Source: Euglena gracilis (taxonomy: Eukaryota). From it: a stretch of DNA of 64,000 bases. A program made the translations under genes and the position numbers. Under the pieces are notes generated by a model. That model worked only from the letters and a program-made list of their open reading frames with translations, ran no database searches and had not been told where the DNA came from. The stretch spans positions 37,495,703-37,559,702 of the forward strand of contig CP154954.1 of assembly GCA_039621445.1 (NCBI GenBank). The letters run 5' to 3'. Every line of letters begins with the position of its first letter. Position 1 is the first letter of the stretch. Shown piece after piece: positions 1-10,400 of the stretch.

Positions 1-1913
1 ATTCGCGCACCAATTCCCGAGTCCACAGGCACATTGCCACCAAATCGCGTTTCCGCTCATGCGGTGGTTCCCCCACTAGCATTACCAGTCCCAATGGACG
101 AGTTTTCGGATGATGAGTCGGGTTTTCAAGCGAAAACCAGACCCACCCCCCTCTTAAATCAAGAGATTCGGGAATCCGAACTTATTCGTGGTATGATCCA
201 CACCCCTACACCGGGTATTGGTCACACCTCCCAAATTCGCTTAGTAGCACCAATGGTGCAACCATGTGATACCTCACCCCCACATGCGCAACCGCATCAC
301 CATTCGCGCAATCGCGATTCCCCTAATTTGCATGGTACCTATGGTACACTAAGTGGTATGTTCCATGCGCAATCGCAGAATAACCCGAACAATACCCTTG
401 GTGCAACCACCGGAGTACCTGCACATGGTGCGATTTCGCGCCCGGGCCCACGCCCCTGGAATACCACCGAAGGGCCACGGGTTTCTCAGAAAGATTTCAA
501 AGGCACCATCGCGATAGCGAACAAGGTGAAGCCCCAATGGGACGGTGACCCCACCACGTGGAAACAATTTTTCCGCGATTGGGAATATTACTGGGATTTG
601 AAGGGACCCACCCAAGATGACAACCCGGAGGTAATCAAGATGGAATTCATCGATTGCCTCCCCAGGGATGAAAAAGAACGCGCCAGACAATTGGTCATTG
701 GCAGGCGCATTTCTTTTGAAGAATTGGTTGAGCAATATGCTTCTTCATGCTCCAGTTTGGTTTCCAGAATCAGTCTGGAAAACAAATGGCGGCCAATTCA
801 CCCCCCCGGACCGCAAATGGAAGTCGATAGACTTGTGGTACTCCAAGTGGCTTGCATTAGCAGCCGAGGTTGATGAGTTAGGGGAAAAGCAAATCAAAGA
901 ACAATTTGATGCGGTATTACTGCGCTACATCCCCAAACTCATCAAGGAAATTCACCGCGAGGAACTCGCGGGACACATTTTGACTCTCGATGAGAGATGG
1001 AATTATATTTCCAAACAAATGAAGTTATCACAACTTCTGGGACAGATTGAATCGGCATATCACCACCACCCTACCGCGGGTGTACCCACCGGTTCAGTCC
1101 ATGCAGTCCAAAGGACTACCTCCCCAAAATCACCAAAATCACCATCGAGTGATTCCAAAACGCGCTATCCGCGCTCAAACCCCAAATCCCCGACACGGGA
1201 ATCCAAACCGCGCTATTCGCGCTCTTCTGACCAAGTTTCGGACAAAGTGTGCTTTTTGTGTAATCAACCGGGACATATGTCTCGCGAATGTCCGAACCCC
1301 CAAGCGCGAAAGCGCAGTAAGAGCCCCCGAGGATCCCTCACTTCCTGGAGTTCGCGTTCCTCACGATCTGCGCATTCGCAGCGGTCGGGATACCGATCGG
1401 GTGATGGAAGACCGCGTTCCCGTTCACCCCACCGCAATAGCGGACGTGGTTTCAAACCGCGAGGTCGGTCCCCCCGTACCCCCTACCCGTAATCGTTATG
1501 CCAATCGCGATTCTTCGCGATCTCGGTCGCGAAGTGGGTCATCCTCTTCGCGATCCGACCGCGGTCGAGCGGATAACCGCTCCCCGCGTCGCCATGATGC
1601 CAAAAGGCAATCGCAATCGCGAACCCGTTGTTCCCTTTGTGGGTCTAAAGACCACCATTCATCCAAGTGCCCCCGTTCCCGCTCTCCCCGCCCTAGCCAT
1701 GGTCGTCGCGATTCCAATCGCGGTTCTGCCAATAGGCAGCGGGTTGGTTTCAAAATATCCTCTATCGAGGAAAAAGACCTGGCTTCGGGCAGGGAGGGGG
1801 ATGAGAGCACCGAGGATGAGTTGGTGGAAGACAGGAATGCCATTCGCGCGATACGCGCAATTTACTCTAGGAAGTCCACCATAGGCCAAAAGGCCGACTC
1901 CGATATGGAGTAG
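1..1913 (+). CDS. gag: Gag (capsid-like region, two CCHC zinc knuckles, Ser/Arg-rich region); 5'-partial, apparent frameshifts near 805 and 1480
   Basis: ORFs 34-873, 668-1492 and 1047-1913 join up. Capsid-like PQWDGDPTTWKQFFRDW; knuckles CFLCNQPGHMSREC (1250-1291) and CSLCGSKDHHSSKC (1629-1670); ends at TAG 1911-1913. Confidence 0.85.
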
Positions 1914-1996
1914 GGGAGCCCGAGGTCTGAGGGCACGGACCTCTGGGCTGATGAACAGATGGAGGTAGGAACTGATCACCCCTGCCCCCCCTGCCC
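1911..1996 (+). promoter_or_regulatory. Candidate stop-codon readthrough signal at the gag/pro junction
   Basis: TAG is in frame with the protease ORF. It is followed by an 8-nt spacer GGGAGCCC and the stem GAGGTC (1922-1927)/GACCTC (1938-1943). Loop GGGCA could pair with TGCCC (1983-1987 or 1992-1996). Confidence 0.5.
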
Positions 1997-2520
1997 ATCG
2001 GTCTTTTTGGTCGGTACCCGGAAAATTTTCGGGTCCCCCACTCCCCGCGCCAAATTTTTGCTTGGAATGTTGAGCAAAGTAAGCCAAGGGTCATGGAACA
2101 GTTGGCGCAACAACAATTTTACACCCGACCCTTCGCTTTGCGTACCCCCCATGGAACTTTTGGTCCAAGCGAAAATCAAAACTCAAAATTTCTGTGCACA
2201 AGCCAAAATTTTAGTCGACACAGGGTGTCGAATCCCCCTTCTTTTCCGCAAAGGACTTATACCCACCCCCCTCTTGGTTCATGCCAAGAATCCCATCAAA
2301 ATTATGACCGCTGACAACAGCCCCATGTGCGGTGGTGACTTGGGATGCATTTTGGACATAGTCCTCCCCATTATCCCGAAGCACCACACACACACCCCCA
2401 CAATTCCAAAATTTTCTGGGTACTTGGGCATTCGAGGCGAATATCGCCGGGTCAGATGTCATACTCGGTTTTCCGTTCCTCCGGCAACACCGATTGGTGG
2501 TGGATTGTCCTTCGCACGGT
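1914..2520 (+). CDS. Retroviral-type aspartic protease domain of Pol (frameshift near 2400)
   Basis: KILVDTGC (DTG at 2217-2225); GSDVILGFPFLRQH follows in a shifted frame at ~2450-2490. Confidence 0.85.
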
Positions 2521-3576
2521 TTGCGCACTACCCCCCGCACACACACACACCACACCCCCGAACTTGTTCCCCGTGACATCCCCCAGGATGTCCCCCCGCA
2601 TTTCCACAACGTTTTCCACAACCGAAAACACCGTTTCCTACCCTAGGGGTAAAGAGAAAGCTGCCCCCCTACCCACCGCACTTTTACCGCTCGTTTCCCA
2701 TGCGGTAGGGAAAGCCAGTAGCTTAACCCCGCACGTTTCGCTGGGTTCCCAGGCGAAAGCCCAAAGGCCTGAAGAAATTTCGGTGTCGAGTAGCCGCCCA
2801 GCTGCACAACTTTTACGTTTTCCACCAGGTGTGTCGAGTTCAGACACCCCTGTACACCCCCCAGCAGCTACCCCAACCGACACCAACTTATGCACTGACA
2901 CCCACACAAACGCGCACCACATGCACCACCCCTCCTACCAATGCGCCCACTGTCGGAGAATTTCCGCTTACCATGATTTTGATTGTGGATGTCTAGTTGA
3001 AACTTCTAAACTAATCCGATTGGATCCCGCAACCGGGAATTTCCCCCCCCCTACACCTGGTAGTGATACCTATACACCTGGTACGGATTTAATAGATAAC
3101 CAAAAGGTACACAGCCTTGATACCATGGGTGATACACCCATCAGCACACTTGGTAATTATGCACAGCTCACAAATCCACTTGGCAGTTTTTCGCAATTCG
3201 CGAAAGTGAATCGAGCACTACAGTGCAAAGGCATAGCCTCCCTCTTCGGATTCGCGCATAGCGCTCCCTATGCGCCTATGGCGCTCTCCAACACCCCCGC
3301 GCATATCGCGCTTCCCGCACATAGTGCGAATTCCGCGCATATCGCGCTTGCCGCACATAGTGCGAATCCCGCGCATATCGCGCATTCCGCGCTATCGCGC
3401 ATCACCGATGATTGGGTATATGCCCAACCCACCCATGTCCCCCCTGGATTGAGTCCTATGGACATGTATGTGGATGATTCACAATTTCGTTGTTCTGTGT
3501 TACAGCGTGTTCCCCCCCTTCAGGATGTTGAGCAGATCTCCAAGTACACCAAGGATACCTGGAATGCTTTTCAATT

Positions 3577-3990
3577 TGGTCAATATCGAATTTTGAAACA
3601 TTGGTTTTCAAAAATCGCCGATATGGCGGATTCTTTTGATTTGACCTTGGAAATTGATGCATTCTCCTCCAACGCGCATTCGCGATTACCGCGACATTGG
3701 TCGCAACATTCTAACGCTTTTGATAAGTTTTGGGGAGACACTATCCTATGGATGCATCCCCCCCTGAAACTTATCCCGCTTGTTGTAGATAAAATTTTCC
3801 AGGATCAAGCGCGAGGCGCATTACTTGTTCCTGTGAATCCCGAAGCGGAATGGTTTCAAAATTTGACTTATGTCACATTTTATTGGTGGGACCTACCAAA
3901 CGATGTTCCTCTATTCGAGGATTTCCGTGGAGTGGTATTACCACCTTTTCAAGAAATCATTTTCCGTGTTTGTTTCTTTGATGCTTTTCA
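3577..3990 (+). CDS. Dam/DIRS-type DNA N6-adenine methyltransferase-like domain inside Pol
   Basis: In ORF 2345-4786, in frame with RT: EIDAFSSNAHSRL (motif I-like), NAFDKFWG, ILWMHPPLKLI (NPPY-like motif, here HPP at 3755-3763), VVDKI, ALLVPVNPEAEWFQNL. Order and spacing match the MT domain of DIRS elements and phage Dam enzymes. Confidence 0.8.
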
Positions 3991-4239
3991 TGTTTCTCAA
4001 TCTCCACCCCTGAATGTTAGTGTGTTGGATCATACCGACTATGTGGGAGCCGATACGGCTTTTGTGTCTCATGACGATAGGCCTACACGTTCGGAATCCC
4101 CTGTGGTCGATATGACCCATAAACAGGTTTCCGCTGTCATTGAAAGTGCAGGACAGCATCCAAAATCAGCAGAATCTGTACGCGCATCAGTCGCGAATTT
4201 TCTGGTGTTTTGGAAAACCCTGTTTATACCTTTTGGAGT

Positions 4240-5000
4240 TTGTAAGATTGAGCTTAAGGAAGGCGCAAAGCCAATGCATCGGAAATTTTTCCGTTGTTCC
4301 GGAGAAAGAGAGATAGCTCTCAATGAAATGATTGAAAAGCTCATAGAGCGGAAGTGGATCATCCCTTCCAAGAGTGAATGGACCTCCCAAGCAGGTCAGA
4401 AAAAGTGGAGGCTGGTACTGGATTATCGGTACTTAAACTCACAGACTAAGGATGACCCATTCCCGTTACCTCTAATAGAGGACCTTATCACAAAACAAGC
4501 GGATAACCGCTTGTGGTCAATTTTCGACCTGGAGGATGGTTTCCACCAAATGCATCTGGATCCCGATTCGCAAGCCTATACGGCTTTTGTAACATCCAAA
4601 GGTGTTTACCAATGGACGGTTTTACCAATGGGTGTTAAGAATGGACCAGCAATGTTTCAGCGCATGATCCAATGGGTCTTACGGGATTTACCGTTTGCGC
4701 TGGTATACATTGATGATGTTTTGGTTGGTACCCCCCCCTCCTTCAGCGAATACACACGAGAATATTCTCGACATTCACTATCGTGATGTTCGCGCGGTAT
4801 TAGCCGCATTTCTCAAACACAGACTCTTTGTCAAAGGTGCCAAAATGCACTTATTTCGCGAAACGATAAAGTTTTGCGGTCACATTCTCAATAATGGCCA
4901 ACGCCGAGCGGCGCCTAGCAAACTAGAGGCCATTAAGAAATGGACACCTGAGGTCATCAAGACCATCACCCATTTGAAAGGATTTTTGGGATTAGCCCAA
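4240..5000 (+). CDS. pol: Reverse transcriptase (Ty3/Gypsy type); frameshift at C-run near 4735
   Basis: WRLVLDYRYLN, FPLPLIEDL, FDLEDGFHQM, TAF, PMGVKNGPAMFQ, YIDD (4706-4717), then IKFCGH and LKGFLGL in ORF 4695-5366. Confidence 0.97.
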
Positions 5001-5089
5001 TATTACGCGATTTACATGAAAGATTTCGCGAAAATCGCGGTACCTCTATCGAGGCAACTCAAAAATCGCGCACCCGAAAATACCAAAGT

Positions 5090-5650
5090 CAAATGGGACG
5101 CAGATATGCGTGAAGCTCTAGAGAGCATTAAAAAGCTAATGCTTGAAAATGTCGTACTCGACATCGCGGATCCCTACAAGCCTTATGTGCTAGAAGTCGA
5201 TAGCAGCGATTATGCTGTAGGCGGTGTTCTAAGCCAGCATAACGCGGCTAACGAATTGCGCCCTGTAGCTTTTTTTTTTCTTTTTCTTTTTTTTTTTTTT
5301 CTTTTTTTTCTTTTTTCTTTTTTTTTTTTTTTTTTTTGCATTCTTCAGCAGAAAGCTACAAGGTGAAGATGGCAAAGGCCAAGTTAAATGAAGTATCCGT
5401 GTGAGAAGGAAACGTACGCAATCGTACTTATTTTACAAAAATTCCGTAGCTGGGTCGCCAGCTCCTTGGTGCAAATACTGGTGTTGACTGACCATGAGAG
5501 TCTTCAACACTGGTATACCGAGGATCTGAACAAAGCCATGTCATCCGTAGGCCGAAGATGCCGATGGCATGAATTTTTGAGCCAGTTCAACCTAGTGGTT
5601 GTATATACCCCTGGCCATACACAAAAAGTAGCAGACCCGCTCAGTCGAGC
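5090..5650 (+). CDS. RNase H domain, interrupted by a T-rich tract
   Basis: [14 protein letters not shown]...RPVAF[insert]FSRKL...EKETYA...LTDHESL...VADPLSR. Confidence 0.9.
5270..5337. repeat. 68-nt poly(T)/(T)nC tract inside RNase H
   Basis: Splits the conserved PVAFFSRKL motif; coding resumes at 5338. Confidence 0.9.
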
Positions 5651-6059
5651 ACCCTGGCATTACCCCGGTAACCCGGATGAAGGTGATGCCACCTTTCATG
5701 GAAGCCAAGAGGCTGATGAATATGCACGTCGATATGACGCAGCCGACGATATGTTGGATTCTTTTCCCGTTTCATCGATTTTTCGTTCGTTGCCAGTCTC
5801 TCCTATACGGGGGAGAAGGCGGCGAGGCCGCACACCTGGTCCCCGTCGCATTACGCGATCTGAATCTCCTTCCCCCCTCTTCTTTCGCGAATGGGATTAT
5901 TCCCATGACCCTGTATATAGCACGATAGTGCACAGACTGCGCAATGGCGAGGTTGTACATAATTATTCCCTTTCCCCTTTACGGTTGGTTTACCGCGATG
6001 ATGCGGGATATAAATATTGTATACCCCGTGACTTGGTTGATGAAGTACTTTTGTGTTAT

Positions 6060-7100
6060 CACAACCAAGGTCACCCTGGGGCCCCCAAACTTCTTTCTTT
6101 GGTGGGTCGCAGGTACTGTACAACCCTGAAAGAAAACGATTTGCATTCGCGCTGCTTGCAAATTTCGCAACGGTGCCAAATTTGTCAAGCGGTAAAACCG
6201 CGCAGAGGTACCCCCCCTGGTACGTTGGACTTTTTCCCCGTACCCCCTGACATTTTTACGTCCCTCTGCATGGATTTTCTGGAATTAGAACCTTGCAAAG
6301 GATCAGACGGCAAAATTTACGATTATGTTTTTGTTGTCGTCTGTAGGCTGAGTGGTTACATAGTAGCCATTCCATGCCAAAAGGCAGGGTTGACCGCGCA
6401 AATTTTAGCGCAGATATTTATGGAGAAGTGCATATGCCTAATGGGCTTACCGAATGAGATTGTCAGTGATCAAGATCATTTGATCTCCTCTCGATTCTTC
6501 ACAACCCTATGTGGTTTACTGGGAATCGAACAGCATTTTTCCATTATATATCGCCCGAAGGGCAATGGCCGCGCCGAGGCAGCAGTGAAAGCTGTTGTAA
6601 ATATGCTCCGTCTTTCACTGGCTGATTCGCGCCAGGCCTGGGTCCAGGTTTTGCCATGGTCCCTCTTTTATATAAACACCCTACCGGGTTTAGTTTTACC
6701 CCACTCCCCATACAAAATTGTTTTTGGGCGAGAACCCCCAGCAATTGGTGATATACCATCAGAGAGACCAGCTCGAAGTAGCGTAACCTGTGAGACATGG
6801 TTCTCTGAGGTAGAGTCTCTCAGAACTACTGTTCAGAAACGCATTACAGATATCCATTCTCAAAAGAGAAATAAATTTTTACAAGAATTCAAATCACCTG
6901 GCTATAGTGCTGGTGATCGCGTATGGGTTCGGAATAGCCGAATCCGTATGCAAGCTTCCAAGCTTGACCCCCTCTGGCTCGGGCCCTGTGAAATACTCGA
7001 ACGCGTTGGTAACAGTGGCCGCTATAGGGTGGCACTGCCCAACGGGATCGAGGATGTTCACATGGATGATTTCAAGCCATACCTTCAGACGCCTAATGGC
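6060..7100 (+). CDS. DDE integrase with HHCC finger and GPY/F-like module
   Basis: HNQGH...CQIC; catalytic MDF, SDQD, GRAE; WLGPCEI; all in ORF 5388-7346. Confidence 0.95.
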
Positions 7101-7154
7101 AAAGCACTACCGTGCCTTTATTTCAAGCCCCGTTCCAAGTTACCCGAAACGGAT

Positions 7155-7346
7155 GATTTTGTGGTGGACAAAATTCTCGATCACAAAATTGATCGAGGAG
7201 TCCACTACTGGAAGGTCAGGTGGAAAGGCTATGGGCCAGAGGAGGACACCTGGGAGCCAGCCTCCAGTTTTGTCGGTTATGTCCAACAGGACTGGAAGCT
7301 GTGGAATAAAAGAAATAACATAGACATTTCTGTGAATAATTTCTGA
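7155..7346 (+). CDS. Chromodomain at the integrase C-terminus
   Basis: [39 protein letters not shown], with aromatic cage residues retained. Confidence 0.93.
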   Translation, partial: DFVVDKILDHKIDRGVHYWKVRWKGYGPEEDTWEPASSFVGYVQQDWKLWNKRNNIDISVNNF

Positions 7347-7360
7347 AATCGGCCTATAGG

Positions 7361-7425
7361 CCTTTTCCTCCCCTCTCCGTGTTTTCCTCCCAACCTCAAT
7401 TCATTTCTCTCTTCTTTTTCTACAG
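7361..7425 (+). promoter_or_regulatory. Polypyrimidine tract plus AG: candidate (trans-)splice acceptor for ORF3
   Basis: About 60 nt of mostly C/T ending TTCTTTTTCTACAG, 39 nt before the ATG at 7465. Confidence 0.55.
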
Positions 7426-7464
7426 CTCATCAAAGCTACTTTTTGCTTTTTGGTCCCCGGACCG

Positions 7465-10400
7465 ATGCAAGATCCAGGGCGCGGACCCGGTCCGCCCCCT
7501 ATACAGTATGCCATCCCTCCCTACCCCCCTCACGCCTATGCGGCGGCACCCCCAGCCCAAGGGGCGCCCGCATATGCGGTATATCAACCCCTCCTGCCGC
7601 TTATGCGGCCCAGGCACAAATGCCACCCCCACCTCAAATGATTCAGGCACAAATGCCATACCCCTCTCAGGCACAAATGCCGCCCCCCTCTCAGGCACAA
7701 ATGCCGCCCCCATCTCAGGCGCAACCGCCACCTGTCGCTTATGCGGCTTCTGTGCCAATGGGAGCTGCATATGCGGCACAGCCTCAACAGGCATATCAAG
7801 TTCCAATGGAACAGTCACAACCCCAGCAGGTACACCAAGTTCCAATGGAACAACAACAGTATGCGAGGCAGGGACAGGCACCTCCAATGGAGCAGGCGCA
7901 TTACGCCATGCCTGGCCCCTCACCTCCCATCCTGTATACCCCACAGTATGTTACATCTCAGCAACCCCAATCCCAACCCCAATCTCAACCCGTACAGGGT
8001 ACCCCACATCAAGTACACGCCGTACAGGCGATGCCCCAACCTGCTGCTTATCCCGTCCGGGAACCCGCTGCCCAAACCGCAGCTAGCAGCAGTAGTATAT
8101 CCGCTTACGCGATCCCTGTGGCACATGAGACGCCACAGGCAGCACCAACGGTGCCATACCCCGCCTTCACCGCAGAATTGGTGAATCTCGCAGAGAAGAC
8201 TCTGCGAACGGCCTTGCGGGCCAGCAACCTAGAGAGAGTAGACCCATCTCTACAGGTGCTGTGGGATACCCACTGTCGTCAAATTCTGGGCCTGGCCAAT
8301 AGGCCCATTGCACAATGGTGCGCATGTGGCCAGACTTTGATGACAGGGAAAGTGTACTTCATGCCCGGGGAATATCCCCCTGAGGTCAGCATGCGTACAC
8401 TGGGTATTACAGTACCACCTATCCCGCGGATACGTCATCACGCAGGTGCATTCACCGAATATATGCGTGAACAGAGTCCCTCGATAAAGGAAAGCGAGAT
8501 GGGAGATTATCCAGCACAAACAGTGCAACCATCGCGAATTTTTCGCGATACCCAATCCCCACCTCGTATGCCGAGACCACCACCACCCGAATATCGGGAA
8601 CCACCAACGCAATATGCGGCGGAGCCAATGACGCAACCGTCAACAGCACAACCACCATTTCCTTATCCAGCCCATCTGGAAGCTGGAAGTCAGTTACCCG
8701 TACAACGGGATATGTCGGTGGCTCAGAAACCTGGATCCTGGGCTGAGGATGTGGAGCAAGCCGAGGCCGAAGGCCGAATGGCTGTGGAAGAGGATGTGCC
8801 AACGGCACCTGAACCTCTCCCAGCACCTCGCTTCACATCACCTCAGCAGGCCATCCAGTACTACCAGTCCCTAGAGCAACTTCAGGGCCCACGGTCTGCA
8901 GAACGCAGATATGCGTCACAGCCGTACAGGCCAGCAGACCTAGGTAGTAAACGGGGCAGGCCAGAATCTTCATCCCCAATGGGGAGACCGAAACCCCCGG
9001 CCCCTGCCCCAGCCCCAGCCAGACAGGCTACCCCAGCACAGCAACGACGGCGCCGGGTGGCCAACAGGCCGCACCCCCTCCCGTGCCCGTACCGTATGCC
9101 GCGCCGGCTAAGCCAGCGCCAATGGCGCAAACCCGGCCGGTGCCAGCAAAAGCAGCAGCGCCGGCAGCTCCAGCAGCGCCAACGGCGCCACTGCCGGTAG
9201 CAGCGCCAATGGCGCCAGCATCCCAAGAAACACCGGTACCTCCAGGCCAACAGGCCACCACCGAGGTACTGCCTGTTCCTGAACCCACACAGCAGCAGCT
9301 CGAACAGGCTGAATTGGCCCAGAGAGCCCATAGGGCAGAAATCGAGCACGAAGCTGCTGAGCGTGCACGCGTCCAGAAAATACTGGATGACACGCGTGAA
9401 CGTACACGCCACCCCACTTACATTGATCCGCCTAGAGGCGAACCCCTCCCTATCAATAATCCACCATTTTTGGCGGATATGCAGGATCAACCTGCAGCCG
9501 ACCCAGCAGCCAAAATGGCTTATGCCCCGCAGGAATTGCTTGGAACAACAAGTGATATGAATCCTGCCTTTATAGGCCCTCATTTTGCAGCCCATCTCTG
9601 TCCTCATGCTTGGAAACAAGCTAGAGAAAAGATTGCCCGAAGCGAAGCCCGATCGGGCAAGGGTAAAGCCAAAAGTGCTCCCAAACGAGCACCGACAGCA
9701 GGCCAAAAAGGCCAAGGCAAAGGCCAGAAAGGCCAATACCGGAACGTCTATGAGGACGACATGGAAGCTCTATTCGAGCACATCAAAGAGATTCATGCAC
9801 TCGCATTCGAGGCCATGAGAAAGTTTCAAAACGAACTTTCTCTTCCAATGCTGGTTGCATCCCCCGTCGTGACTGTGACCAGACAGCTCTATTTGGAGCG
9901 TAATCGTGAGTTCCACCACGATGGAACCCTGTATGCCTATGAGGGCAACGTAATTCTCGGTCCGATACTGGACGGACTGCCGGGATTCTGGCACGTTTGG
10001 TTCTGGGCGGGATACCCCACCCAAAATTTCGGCAGATTTCTGAACTCCTGTGGATATCCTTATCTGGATTGTGGTCGGGAAGACCGATACAATACAGGTA
10101 AAGATTTGCTACGGCAGTTATTCGACTGCATTCGCAGTGTAGGCCCAAAAGGCCTGGAGTGGGAAATCTACCCACTGCCTGACAATATTGCCAAATTGGC
10201 AGAAAACATGTTCTGCAGCAATCTGCAAGTCTTCTACCACTGGCAATATGCCTATCATTTTGAAGTGGTCGATATTGACCTCCGCTTCCCCCAGACGTAT
10301 ATCGTCAGATGCACCCACTGTCACGAAAAGTTTGCAGTGGACTTCTGGGGATTCGGAGTACGCAGTACTCAACCACAGGCCGAAGGCCAGGACGAGGAAG

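Noticed and set aside
795-4745. Frameshifts near 805, 1480, 2400 and 4735 as programmed frameshifts
   Set aside because: They fall in or near C-runs within domains; sequencing error or decay is more likely.
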